This document shows positions 55,661 to 64,000 of a DNA stretch of 64,000 nucleotides, piece after piece. Under the pieces are notes generated by a model, which saw only the letters and a program-made list of their open reading frames with translations, made no database searches and was not told the DNA's origin. The translations under genes were made by a program, and so were the position numbers. This DNA comes from an uncultured Paraprevotella sp. (GTDB taxonomy: Bacteria; Bacteroidota; Bacteroidia; Bacteroidales; Bacteroidaceae): positions 16-64,015 of the forward strand of contig CALULT010000010.1 in NCBI GenBank assembly GCA_944321565.1. The letters run 5' to 3'. Every line of letters starts with the position of its first letter. The stretch's first letter is position 1.

Positions 55661-56431
55661 TCATACTTCCACGATATCCTCCGGATATTCCACATCTACC
55701 AGGAACAGTGCATTCCCCGGCATGGATTCTCCGGCACCGCAACGGTCCTTCCCTTCGATGACTGCCCGGAAGCCATCCACCGAAAGCCGCCCGCGCCCCA
55801 CTTCGACCAATGTGCCGACAATGGCCCGCACCATGTTGCGCAGGAAACGGTCGGCACGAATCTCGAACCTCCATTCGCCCGGAGCCAATTCCACCCAACG
55901 CGCCTGCATGATGCGGCAGTTGTTGGTTTTCGTGTCGGTGTTCACCTTGCTGAAACTCGTGAAATCCGTATAGTCAAACAGCGCGGCGGAAGCCTCGTTC
56001 ATCTTCGCAAAATCGAGCATGCGGTACATCCGGCAGGAATAAGCCCGCAGGAAAGGCGATTTGGAAAAGTGCATATAATAATGGTACGTGCGCGAAAGGG
56101 CATCGAAGCGGGCATGGGCATCCCGCCGCACAGGGACGGTCTTATAGACAGATATGTCCGGCGGCAACAAGCGGTTGAGCTTGTCCGTCAGCCACGGGCC
56201 GTCAATCCGCCGTTCCGGCTCTCCGGCATACTCGAAGTCGAAATGTGCCACCATCAGCCGCGCATGCACCCCGGTGTCTGTACGCCCAGCTCCAGTGACC
56301 GGCACTGGCTGGCGCAGGAGCGTGGCCAACGCACCCTGCAACACCTCTTGCACACTGATGCCGTTCGGTTGAATTTGCCAACCGTGGTAGCGGGTGCCGT
56401 CGTAGGCCAAATATAAAAAATATCTTTGCAT
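55661..56431 (-). CDS. truA: tRNA pseudouridine(38-40) synthase
   Basis: [24 protein letters not shown]...[11 protein letters not shown]. The ATG at 56431 is preferred, because the track extension would run through the -7 box. Confidence 0.92.
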   Translation of the reverse strand: MQRYFLYLAYDGTRYHGWQIQPNGISVQEVLQGALATLLRQPVPVTGAGRTDTGVHARLMVAHFDFEYAGEPERRIDGPWLTDKLNRLLPPDISVYKTVPVRRDAHARFDALSRTYHYYMHFSKSPFLRAYSCRMYRMLDFAKMNEASAALFDYTDFTSFSKVNTDTKTNNCRIMQARWVELAPGEWRFEIRADRFLRNMVRAIVGTLVEVGRGRLSVDGFRAVIEGKDRCGAGESMPGNALFLVDVEYPEDIVEV

Positions 56432-56461
56432 CCGTCCCTCTCGTAAACGGATGCAAAGATA
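56421..56461. promoter_or_regulatory. Perfect 15-bp inverted repeat spanning the truA start codon and its -7 box
   Basis: TATCTTTGCATCCGT (56421-56435) is the reverse complement of ACGGATGCAAAGATA (56447-56461). The minus-strand TATCTTTG box is at 56454-56461. Confidence 0.55.
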
Positions 56462-56513
56462 CGACTTTTTCAGCAACTGTCACGCCGGGTGTCCCGACAA
56501 ATAAGGCCCTTTC

Positions 56514-58871
56514 CTACTTCACGATGTAATAATCAGGCTTCAGCCCGCGCAAGGCATCCTTGCGCTTGGCCGTGCGCACCTTGATTCCGCCGAGCGTGTA
56601 AACGTCCACACGCTCTTCCGAATCGTCCTGCAAAGTTTCCCGCACACCATCGTGCAGCCCGCCGTAGTCGCTCATCTGGATGTCGTCCACGTTCAGACGT
56701 TTGCTGGAGGAACCTGTGGCCGTGAACTTCAGGCGCACCAGTCCGTCCGCATCCAGTTTGTAACCGTAACGCTTCCACTCGCCTTTGGTGAAGCCCATCT
56801 CCGTCACGACCGGCTTCCACGTCATGCCGCCGTCCAGCGAATAGCTGACCGACAGCTTCACGCCCGTGTCCGACCCATACAAGCCGGCATAGAACCACAA
56901 GGAATCGCAACCTTCGGCCTTGTCTTCCAACATTTCCAGTTCCGTCACCACGCCGTTCTTGGCCTGCATGCGCACAGACCAGTTACCATTTTTACGATCA
57001 TTTTCCAAATTCCCAATCAAGACTTGCGCCATCCGCCACGTGGTTGCCGCACAGGCGACCTCGCCCTCGGCATAACCGCCCTTGCTGCCCGTCTCAAATG
57101 TTTCGAAGAACGATTTTTGGGCATCGACTTCTCCAGACAAGCTGACAATCACATCGTCCGCCCCAGGCGTGGACAACACCATCTCGCCCTCCACGCGACC
57201 TTCTTCCGCCACGCTGCCGAGGCGAACCAGCACCGTCTGTTCGTCATAGCCCGAAACGGTGGCCGTCTGCCCCCACTCCACGCCGTCGGCACTCACTTCA
57301 AACGGCGTTTCCGCAGTCACGGTGGTCACATATTCCGGCAATGACAGAGCCGTGATTTGCAAAGTTTGCGGAGAAGAAGGCCGTCCCGGCACCGACGTGA
57401 AAGCCATTTCGGACTTTTCAGTCGTAAACACAGGCGACACTTCCGGCATCACCACCTCCACTTCGTTGGACTCCATCACGATGCCTCCGGTTTCGTCCAA
57501 AAGGCATACCTTGTAATAATAAGTCGTGGAAGCCCGCAAATCCTCCACACACCAGGACGTGCCGTTCACCGTTTGGGGATAGCCGTCCGCCATCTGCGGG
57601 TTTCCCTGAGCGTCTTTCGTATAAACCTCCAAAGAATAAGCATCTCCGCCCATGTCCATCCAGGAAGCGGTGAAACGCCGGCTCCACGTCGAACATACGA
57701 TGTCTTCTGCCGGATAAGCCGGTATGCCGTCCACGAACTCCGCCCGCAAGGTGACCGTCTGCACGAAACCCTCTCCCGACAGGGTCAACGTGGCCGTATG
57801 TTCCCCGGGAGCAAGCCCTTCCGGGCAGGATACTCCCAGCCGTACCCCCCGCGTGACCTCCTCGCCGGACAAATCCTGCCTGCCCAACACAAACAGGGAG
57901 TTATCCATCTGCAAAGCCAACCCGTCCGGCAGATTTCTTCCCCGGACGACCAGCATCGTGTCCAGCCCTTTCGACACGGCCTGCAGGCCATAGTCTATGG
58001 TAGCACCACTCCCGGGCACAAACAATTCCGGTGCTGTCGCCGCCGGGTCTGTATAAAAGGCATATTCCATGCTGTCGCCCCAAATGTAATCGGCCAGTTG
58101 CGGATAGTCCACGAACGGGTTCCGGTTGCCTTGTATGCCACAGACCGCCTCATTGCGCGCCCGCTCAATCTCATCTACGGGATCGGCCTCGTTCCATTCC
58201 AGCAACAAGCGGCACACCCAAGGACGCAACGTGGGATAGCGGTTCTTCTCCACCACCAGCAACCCTTCGTTGGTTTGCCACTCGTCCTGCAAATCCTCGT
58301 AACAAGTTGCCATGTAGAAGAAGGTGCGCGCAAAATCCCCTTTCCACTGGTCGGCAGGCTCCCACACGGTGATCAACGAGTCCGCACGGTAGGAGGCAGA
58401 CTTACCCACCCTCGTCACACCGTTGTCGAAACTCACCGCGCCGGTCACCACGCCCATCGGGTTGTTGCTTTTGCGCCCGTTGGCCGAGGCGTCGCTGGGA
58501 AACAGGTTGAACAAGTCGCAATAAGCATCGTTCACCGTATGCCCCCACCAACTGTTGGCAAAGACATGCTCGATGTTCATGCCCGACACGGCATTCAGCC
58601 CGTCGAACGTCCGGAGGACATCGCTGTACCGGTCGCGCACCGTCACGCCATCCGGCATACGGTCGGCCACGGCAAAGCCGGCCCACGTATATCCCTCGCC
58701 TTTCCCGCCATAATCCAACACATAGTCCGGCTGAATCAGTTCAAAAAGCGCGGTCTTCAATTCCGCCTGTTTCAATCCCTCCGCCGGACGATAATACTGC
58801 CCCTGCCCGTACATCGCCCCTGTGCATACAAACAAAAGGTATAAACCCAACAAGATTCTCTTCATATCCAT
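56514..58871 (-). CDS. Secreted endonuclease I family nuclease with Fn3/Ig-like and C-terminal carbohydrate-binding-like domains
   Basis: Signal peptide. NIEHVFANSWWGH and RGNRNPFVDYP are Endonuclease_1-like. The short tail RVDVYTLGGIKVRTAKRKDALRGLKPDYYIVK resembles a T9SS CTD end. Confidence 0.75.
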   Translation of the reverse strand: MDMKRILLGLYLLFVCTGAMYGQGQYYRPAEGLKQAELKTALFELIQPDYVLDYGGKGEGYTWAGFAVADRMPDGVTVRDRYSDVLRTFDGLNAVSGMNIEHVFANSWWGHTVNDAYCDLFNLFPSDASANGRKSNNPMGVVTGAVSFDNGVTRVGKSASYRADSLITVWEPADQWKGDFARTFFYMATCYEDLQDEWQTNEGLLVVEKNRYPTLRPWVCRLLLEWNEADPVDEIERARNEAVCGIQGNRNPFVDYPQLADYIWGDSMEYAFYTDPAATAPELFVPGSGATIDYGLQAVSKGLDTMLVVRGRNLPDGLALQMDNSLFVLGRQDLSGEEVTRGVRLGVSCPEGLAPGEHTATLTLSGEGFVQTVTLRAEFVDGIPAYPAEDIVCSTWSRRFTASWMDMGGDAYSLEVYTKDAQGNPQMADGYPQTVNGTSWCVEDLRASTTYYYKVCLLDETGGIVMESNEVEVVMPEVSPVFTTEKSEMAFTSVPGRPSSPQTLQITALSLPEYVTTVTAETPFEVSADGVEWGQTATVSGYDEQTVLVRLGSVAEEGRVEGEMVLSTPGADDVIVSLSGEVDAQKSFFETFETGSKGGYAEGEVACAATTWRMAQVLIGNLENDRKNGNWSVRMQAKNGVVTELEMLEDKAEGCDSLWFYAGLYGSDTGVKLSVSYSLDGGMTWKPVVTEMGFTKGEWKRYGYKLDADGLVRLKFTATGSSSKRLNVDDIQMSDYGGLHDGVRETLQDDSEERVDVYTLGGIKVRTAKRKDALRGLKPDYYIVK

Positions 58872-58906
58872 GACTCTTTTCTAATAAAAACAGCAAATCC
58901 CAAATC

Positions 58907-61024
58907 TCAGTCCCCGAACTCCACACCCAGGTTATACATGATGAAAGCGTAAATATCGGCCTGCTCTTCCAGCACCTTTCCCATGGGTTTGCCACCTCCG
59001 TGTCCCGCCTTGCTGTCGATGCGGATGATGGTTGGGTTCGTCCCGTCGTTGCATGCCTGGAGCGTGGCGGCAAACTTAAAGGAGTGGGCCGGCACCACGC
59101 GGTCGTCGTGGTCGGCAGTCATGACCAGCGTGGCGGGATAGGCCGTGCCCGGCCTGAGGTTGTGCAAAGGAGAGTAGCCCCTGAGATATTCAAACATCTC
59201 CCGGCTGTCCTCGCTGGTGCCATAGTCGCTGGCCCAGTTCCAACCGATGGTGAACTTATGGTAACGCAACATGTCCATGACGCCCACCATCGGCACAGCC
59301 ACCTGGAAGAGGTCGGGCCGCTGGGTCATGCAAGCCCCCACCAACAGGCCACCGTTTGAACCGCCCACGATAGCCAGCTTTTCCTTGCTGGTATAGCCAT
59401 TGGCTATCAGGTATTCGGCCGCGGCAATGAAATCATCAAACACGTTCTGCTTGTTCAGCTTCGTGCCGGCCTGGTGCCATTCCTCGCCATATTCGTTGCC
59501 GCCACGCAGGTTGGCCTGGGCATAGATGCCCCCATTCTCCAGGAAAGGAATGCGCATGGCCGAGAAGCCAGGATTCAGGCTGATGTTGAACCCGCCGTAG
59601 CCATAGAGGTAAACAGGATTCTTGCCATTCTTCTCCAGCCCTTTCTTGTAGGTCAGGAACATCGGGATTTTCGTCCCGTCCTTGCTGGGATAGAACACTT
59701 GCTCTGTGACAAACGCATCGGAGTCGAAGTTCACCTTGGGCGCACGAAACAGCTCGGAGGCATTGGCGTCCATGTCGTAACGATAGATGGCACCCGGTGT
59801 AGTGAACGAGGCAAAAGTGTAGAAACATTCTTTGTCGTCCTTGTTCCCGCTGATGCTCACCGAGCCCAGGGAAGGCAGCCGGATTTCCTGCAATTCCTTT
59901 CCGTCCAGCCCATAAACGTAGGCGTGACTGGAAGCGTCCTTGTCGTAAACCAGGAAAAGCTTCCCGCCGATAATGCTTGCACCGGCCAACACGGACTCTT
60001 TTTCAGGGACAAGTTCTTGCCAGTCCTTCACGTCGGGACGGTCGGGAGTAGTGACCATGATGCGGTTCTTGGAAGCCCCATAATTGGTGAACAAATAGAT
60101 TTTCCCGTCCAACACTTCCACGGGAGAATACTGGTAGTCCATATCGGTGGCCATCGGCACGAAGGACGCGCCGGGCTTGCGCAAGTTCTTCACATAGATG
60201 GCATTCCCGGCTCCCTCCCCGCTCTCGAATAGGAAAAGCAGGGTCTCGTCCTCATCGGCTTCTATGCTATAAAAACGTTTGGGATAAGCCTTGTTTTCAT
60301 AGACAAGTTCGTCCGCCGACTGTGGAGTCCCCACCTTGTGGTAATAAACTTTATGATTCTCGTTCACATTGGAATATTCCTTCCCGGCCACAGGGACATC
60401 GTAGGCGCTGTAGAAAAAGCCGTCTTTCACCCACGAGGCTTGCGTGAACTTGGCCCACCTTATATGGTCGTCCAGCAAACGGCCTGTTTCAACGTCCATC
60501 ACGTAAATTTCACTCCAGTCCGACCCGCTGCGCGAAATGGTGTAGGCCATGTACTTCCCGTCTTTCGAAAAACTGGTACCCGTCAAGGCCACAGTCCCGT
60601 CGTCGGACAACTTGTTCGGGTCGAGAAACACGCGAGGCTCGCCGTCCAAACTGTCTTGGACATAAAGCAAACTTTGGTTCTGCAGGCCGTCGTTCTTGAA
60701 GAAGTAATACTTTCCATGCTTCTTCACAGGCATGCCTATTTTCTCGTAATTGGCCACGTCGGTGAGGCGTTTCAACAGGGCGTCGCGGAAAGGAATCCGC
60801 GAAAAGTATTCTTCCGTCACCTTGTTTTCCGCTTCCACCCAAGCCGCCGTGGCCGCACTGGTGTCGTTTTCCAGCCATCGGTAAGGGTCTGGCACTTCCG
60901 TTCCGAAATATACATCCACCGTATCCACCTTAGCCGCTTCCGGATACGTAAGTTTCGGTTGCCTTACTCCACAGGCAACCCATGTCAAACTCGCCATAGA
61001 CAACATCAATACATTTTTGTTCAT
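58907..61024 (-). CDS. Prolyl oligopeptidase (S9A family serine peptidase)
   Basis: YRWLEND..., a beta-propeller region, GGSNGGLL (nucleophile Ser), and ...DDRVVP...HGGGKP. Confidence 0.9.
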   Translation of the reverse strand: MNKNVLMLSMASLTWVACGVRQPKLTYPEAAKVDTVDVYFGTEVPDPYRWLENDTSAATAAWVEAENKVTEEYFSRIPFRDALLKRLTDVANYEKIGMPVKKHGKYYFFKNDGLQNQSLLYVQDSLDGEPRVFLDPNKLSDDGTVALTGTSFSKDGKYMAYTISRSGSDWSEIYVMDVETGRLLDDHIRWAKFTQASWVKDGFFYSAYDVPVAGKEYSNVNENHKVYYHKVGTPQSADELVYENKAYPKRFYSIEADEDETLLFLFESGEGAGNAIYVKNLRKPGASFVPMATDMDYQYSPVEVLDGKIYLFTNYGASKNRIMVTTPDRPDVKDWQELVPEKESVLAGASIIGGKLFLVYDKDASSHAYVYGLDGKELQEIRLPSLGSVSISGNKDDKECFYTFASFTTPGAIYRYDMDANASELFRAPKVNFDSDAFVTEQVFYPSKDGTKIPMFLTYKKGLEKNGKNPVYLYGYGGFNISLNPGFSAMRIPFLENGGIYAQANLRGGNEYGEEWHQAGTKLNKQNVFDDFIAAAEYLIANGYTSKEKLAIVGGSNGGLLVGACMTQRPDLFQVAVPMVGVMDMLRYHKFTIGWNWASDYGTSEDSREMFEYLRGYSPLHNLRPGTAYPATLVMTADHDDRVVPAHSFKFAATLQACNDGTNPTIIRIDSKAGHGGGKPMGKVLEEQADIYAFIMYNLGVEFGD

Positions 61025-61328
61025 ATCGAAACCTATTTTTTAATGTTTCTTCGTCTCGCCGGAAAAGTTCAGTCCAACCACCCCGGCCTGTTTCCCTTCT
61101 AGGACAAGGGAAACAGCAGTCATAATAGAGGCGTAAATATACAGAAAAAAAATCAAGTAAGAGGAAAACGAAGTGGTTTTCTTCCTACTTTCGTTTTCCG
61201 GCCTCTCACACCACCATACGTGCCGTTCGGCATAAGGGGATTCCTGTTTTTGGTTTGCCACGCGCGTTGAAGTTTCCTTCTTATTCATTTTTCTGTGTGG
61301 CTAAAGCGGTATTCCCAGATATTATAGT

Positions 61329-61336
61329 TAAATTTG
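61329..61336 (+). promoter_or_regulatory. Bacteroides-type -7 box (TAAATTTG)
   Basis: Exact TAnnTTTG match, about 80 nt upstream of the hsdM ATG at 61417. Confidence 0.4.
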
Positions 61337-61416
61337 CGCTATAAGTCAAAGTGTTGCAGTTGGCAAACGAATGTTGACACTCGCCAACTTATCAATGGCG
61401 GTAATAATGATTGATT

Positions 61417-63018
61417 ATGGCAAAGAAAAAAACAAAGAAAGAGAAGAACTCGCTTAATCTTGAATCCATATTGTTCAACTGTCGCGACTATCTCCGTGGC
61501 AGTGCATCGCTCAATGACAAGCGTGATGTCATACTTACGCTCGTGTTCCTCCGTTTTATCGGCGAAAAATTTGACGATGCCCAGGCTGAGATGCGCAAAC
61601 TTTGCAACGACAATGGGATTACCGATGAAGAGGATATCGCAAGCTTTCTCGCTTCTCCCGCCCGTTACAAGAATATAGTGTATGTCCCGGAAGCTGCTCG
61701 TTGGGACATGCTGATCAATGTGCCTGCTTCCGACCTTGTTGCTTCGCTTGATGATGCACTGCAGGCCATTGAAGACGGAGGGGATGCGCTGAAAGGTTGC
61801 GTAAAGCTTGGTTTGTTTACATCGGTGAATATTCAACCGAACGAACTTAAAAAGGTAGTGGATGAGGTGAACAAGATTTCTCACAAGACTTTCGGTGAAG
61901 AAAAGGACTTGATTGGCCGTGTCTATGAATATTTTCTGAAGTCATTCGCTGTAAATGCCACCAAAGAAGATGGCGAGTTTTACACTCCACACGACATCGT
62001 GGAGCTTATAGCCGCCTTTATCGAACCTTTTGATGGCACACTCTACGATCCATGTTGCGGGTCCGGCGGTATGTTTATCCAATGCGCTAAATATGTCGAG
62101 GCAAAGCAGGGTGACATTACCGCTGTTAATGTTTTCGGGCAAGAGAAAGAGAAGGCCACTTTCCGTCTCGCCAAGATGAACTTGGCCATGCGTGGCATAT
62201 CCCACCATTTGGGGGATGGAGCCATTTCCACGTTCGATAAAGACTGGCATGCCGGACTTGTTTTTGACTACATCATGGCTAATCCGCCGTTCAATCTCAA
62301 ACATTGGTTTACAAAAGATGTCACCCAGCAGGGCGTGAACTGGGCCGATTATGGAACTCCTCCGGAGAGCAACGCCAACTATGCGTGGATTCTCCACATG
62401 CTCGCCAAACTGAAAGCCGACAAAGGCATCGCTGGTTTTTTGTTGGCAAATGGTGCCCTTGGTGATGAAGACACCATCGCCATTCGCCAAAAGCTTATTG
62501 AGAATGACAAGGTGGAAGCGATTATTGTCCTGCCTCGTGAACTGTTTTATACCACAGACATATCGGTCACGCTTTGGATTCTCAACCAAAACAAGCGCGG
62601 AGGTATGCACCATGGACGGCAGCTGCGCGACCGCCATGGCGAAATCCTCTTTATGGACTTACGTTCTTGGACTGAAAACCCTGTCAAGGGGGAGCAGAAA
62701 AAGAAAGTGATGCTAAATGCCGACCAAGTAAAACGGGCTACTGAGATTTATTTCCGTTGGCAGTCGGTCGGCACGGACGGCGCGAACTTTGCCGTACCAG
62801 AACTTTATCGCTCGGTCGGATTCGACGAGCTGAAAGAAAACAACTACTCGCTCGTTCCCAGTCGCTATATTGAGTTCGTTGACCGCGACACGGATATTGA
62901 TTACGACAAGGTGCTGACAGAGACAGCCTCTGCCGTTTCTGAACTCCTGACGCTCCAACGCGAGAATGACGCCATGCTTCGTAACGCACTAAAACAGTTA
63001 GGCTATGAGTGTAGATAA
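61417..63018 (+). CDS. hsdM: Type I restriction-modification system, methyltransferase subunit
   Basis: HsdM_N-like LFNCRDYLRG...LVFLRFI. FYTPHDIV, DPCCGSGGM (AdoMet motif I) and NPPFN (motif IV). The track start at 61411 is TTG. Confidence 0.9.
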   Translation: MAKKKTKKEKNSLNLESILFNCRDYLRGSASLNDKRDVILTLVFLRFIGEKFDDAQAEMRKLCNDNGITDEEDIASFLASPARYKNIVYVPEAARWDMLINVPASDLVASLDDALQAIEDGGDALKGCVKLGLFTSVNIQPNELKKVVDEVNKISHKTFGEEKDLIGRVYEYFLKSFAVNATKEDGEFYTPHDIVELIAAFIEPFDGTLYDPCCGSGGMFIQCAKYVEAKQGDITAVNVFGQEKEKATFRLAKMNLAMRGISHHLGDGAISTFDKDWHAGLVFDYIMANPPFNLKHWFTKDVTQQGVNWADYGTPPESNANYAWILHMLAKLKADKGIAGFLLANGALGDEDTIAIRQKLIENDKVEAIIVLPRELFYTTDISVTLWILNQNKRGGMHHGRQLRDRHGEILFMDLRSWTENPVKGEQKKKVMLNADQVKRATEIYFRWQSVGTDGANFAVPELYRSVGFDELKENNYSLVPSRYIEFVDRDTDIDYDKVLTETASAVSELLTLQRENDAMLRNALKQLGYECR

Positions 63019-64000
63019 TTTGTCCCTTGAACCATTGGAACAGCAATTCGAGGAATTGTGTTCTATTATCAATTATCACCGTAGCCGTGCTTCTCACGCT
63101 GTTAATGAGCAACAGCTCCTTACTGCGTGGAATGTCGGAGCTTATGTTTCAAATAAGCTCAAGACAAATGAATGGGGCAGTAAAGTGGTAACTCAGTTTG
63201 TGGAGTATATGAAGGTGAACGCTCCTGCTCTTAAAGGATATAGTAGAGCCAGTATATACAACATGGTGATGTTCTTTGACGAATATTCATCTGATATGTT
63301 CTTGTCAACCGTCTCCAAATTTTATCCCAATGAAATTGTCCAAACAGCATCTGGACAATTAGGAGCCACAGGAAGTGAAGAAATCGAGCCCTCGCGTGTA
63401 ATGGTGCAGACTCCAACTGCGCAAATTGTCCAATTGCCATTTGGACAATTACCCGGCATATTGAAACAGACTTCATACTCTAATCATCTTGCCATACTCA
63501 ACCAGTGTAAGCACCCAGAGGAACGTCTCTTTTATATTCTTTATGCACATCGTGAAAGATTGACTTTCAAAGAACTGCAGCGATGCATCTCCAACGACAC
63601 CTACTCATCGCTCTTGGGGTCAAAGCACAATCTTTCCAAAGGCCTGCTTGACACTTATTCCAATGCACCCGTGCTATTCAAAGACACCGCTTTCATTGAT
63701 TTCTTGGGTCTGCCGCAAAAGTGTACGGAGAAAAAACTTCGTATGGGCTTGGTGGAGCACATGAAACAGTTTATTCTTGAACTCGGCAAAGATTTCCTAT
63801 TTGTTGATCAAGAATATACGCTTGAAGTGGGGGCTTCGGTATTCAAAGCAGACTTGCTCTTTTTCCATCGTGGCTTGCAAGCTCTCGTTGCTGTTGAACT
63901 TAAACGGCGCAAATTCCATCCGAAAGACTTGGGCCAGCTGGAGTTTTACCTCGAAGCACTTGACCGGGATGTGAAACGCACAAACGAGAACCCTTCAATC
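63005..64000 (+). CDS. DUF1016/YhcG-like PDDEXK nuclease family protein (3'-truncated by the window end)
   Basis: It is not in the ORF track because it has no stop in the window. The ATG at 63005 overlaps hsdM by 14 nt and the frame is open for 332 codons. The C-terminal region ...FLFVDQEYTLEVGASVFKADLLFFHRGLQALVAVELKRRKF matches the D...ELK PDDEXK pattern. Confidence 0.75.
   Translation, partial: MSVDNLSLEPLEQQFEELCSIINYHRSRASHAVNEQQLLTAWNVGAYVSNKLKTNEWGSKVVTQFVEYMKVNAPALKGYSRASIYNMVMFFDEYSSDMFLSTVSKFYPNEIVQTASGQLGATGSEEIEPSRVMVQTPTAQIVQLPFGQLPGILKQTSYSNHLAILNQCKHPEERLFYILYAHRERLTFKELQRCISNDTYSSLLGSKHNLSKGLLDTYSNAPVLFKDTAFIDFLGLPQKCTEKKLRMGLVEHMKQFILELGKDFLFVDQEYTLEVGASVFKADLLFFHRGLQALVAVELKRRKFHPKDLGQLEFYLEALDRDVKRTNENPSI

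Noticed and set aside
61040-61288. 82-aa minus-strand ORF in the prolyl oligopeptidase/hsdM intergenic region, and the hairpin GTTTCCCTT-ctaggac-AAGGGAAAC at 61090-61114.
   Set aside because: The ORF has no start context or recognisable features and lies upstream of, not within, an operon. The hairpin has no T tract and no obvious gene to terminate, so it is noted only as a possible structural element.
1-64000. tRNA genes, rRNA genes, riboswitches (for example cobalamin upstream of the TonB-dependent receptor) and integrase/recombinase genes.
   Set aside because: No cloverleaf-like sequences other than the tmRNA tRNA-like domain were recognised. The 25033-25254 leader shows no B12-box-like conserved core. 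No tyrosine or serine recombinase motifs were seen in any frame. A covariance-model scan (tRNAscan-SE, Infernal/Rfam) would be needed for certainty.

Overview
This window looks like a Bacteroidales (Bacteroidota) chromosome segment. The supporting signs are TAnnTTTG -7 promoter boxes in front of many genes, Por/T9SS C-terminal sorting domains, a tmRNA with tag GENKYALAA, a TonB-dependent receptor, a GH31 enzyme and a Wzx/Wzy-type polysaccharide locus.

Layout:
- 1-16.1 kb: an accessory region partitioned by three same-orientation remnants of one IS4-family element. It holds a T9SS-secreted tail-fibre-like protein. It also holds the most unusual structure in the window, a five-fold tandem array with a period of about 1.5 kb. 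Each unit carries a BspA-type leucine-rich-repeat (LRR) gene followed by the first 280 nt of a gingipain-like C25 peptidase gene. Only the last unit runs on into the full 1575-aa peptidase, which is a C25 domain followed by an FG-GAP beta-propeller. An AT-rich SatD-like/DUF3307 two-gene module follows.
- 16.2-29.8 kb: core genes sbcD, sbcC, an orphan trpB2, a long KamA-family radical SAM gene, a TonB-dependent receptor and a GH31 hydrolase.
- 30.0-45.0 kb: a 12-gene minus-strand polysaccharide locus. It includes a B12-radical-SAM enzyme, a ThDP enzyme, an SDR and a pyruvyl transferase.
- 45.1-61.0 kb: tmRNA, then housekeeping genes (an AICARFT-only purH-like gene, M23 peptidase, pgeF, obg, adk, hpt, nnr, an EamA transporter, truA) and two secreted enzymes (endonuclease I, prolyl oligopeptidase).
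- 61.4-64.0 kb: the start of a type I R-M locus, with hsdM overlapping a DUF1016/YhcG-like nuclease gene that runs off the window.

No rRNA, tRNA or CRISPR array was seen. Many long ORFs in the track are antisense artefacts of GC-rich coding DNA, and several track start codons are TTG or GTG; I re-set those to the in-frame ATG where I checked it. All family assignments rest on motif recognition by eye. No database search or computed statistic was available.
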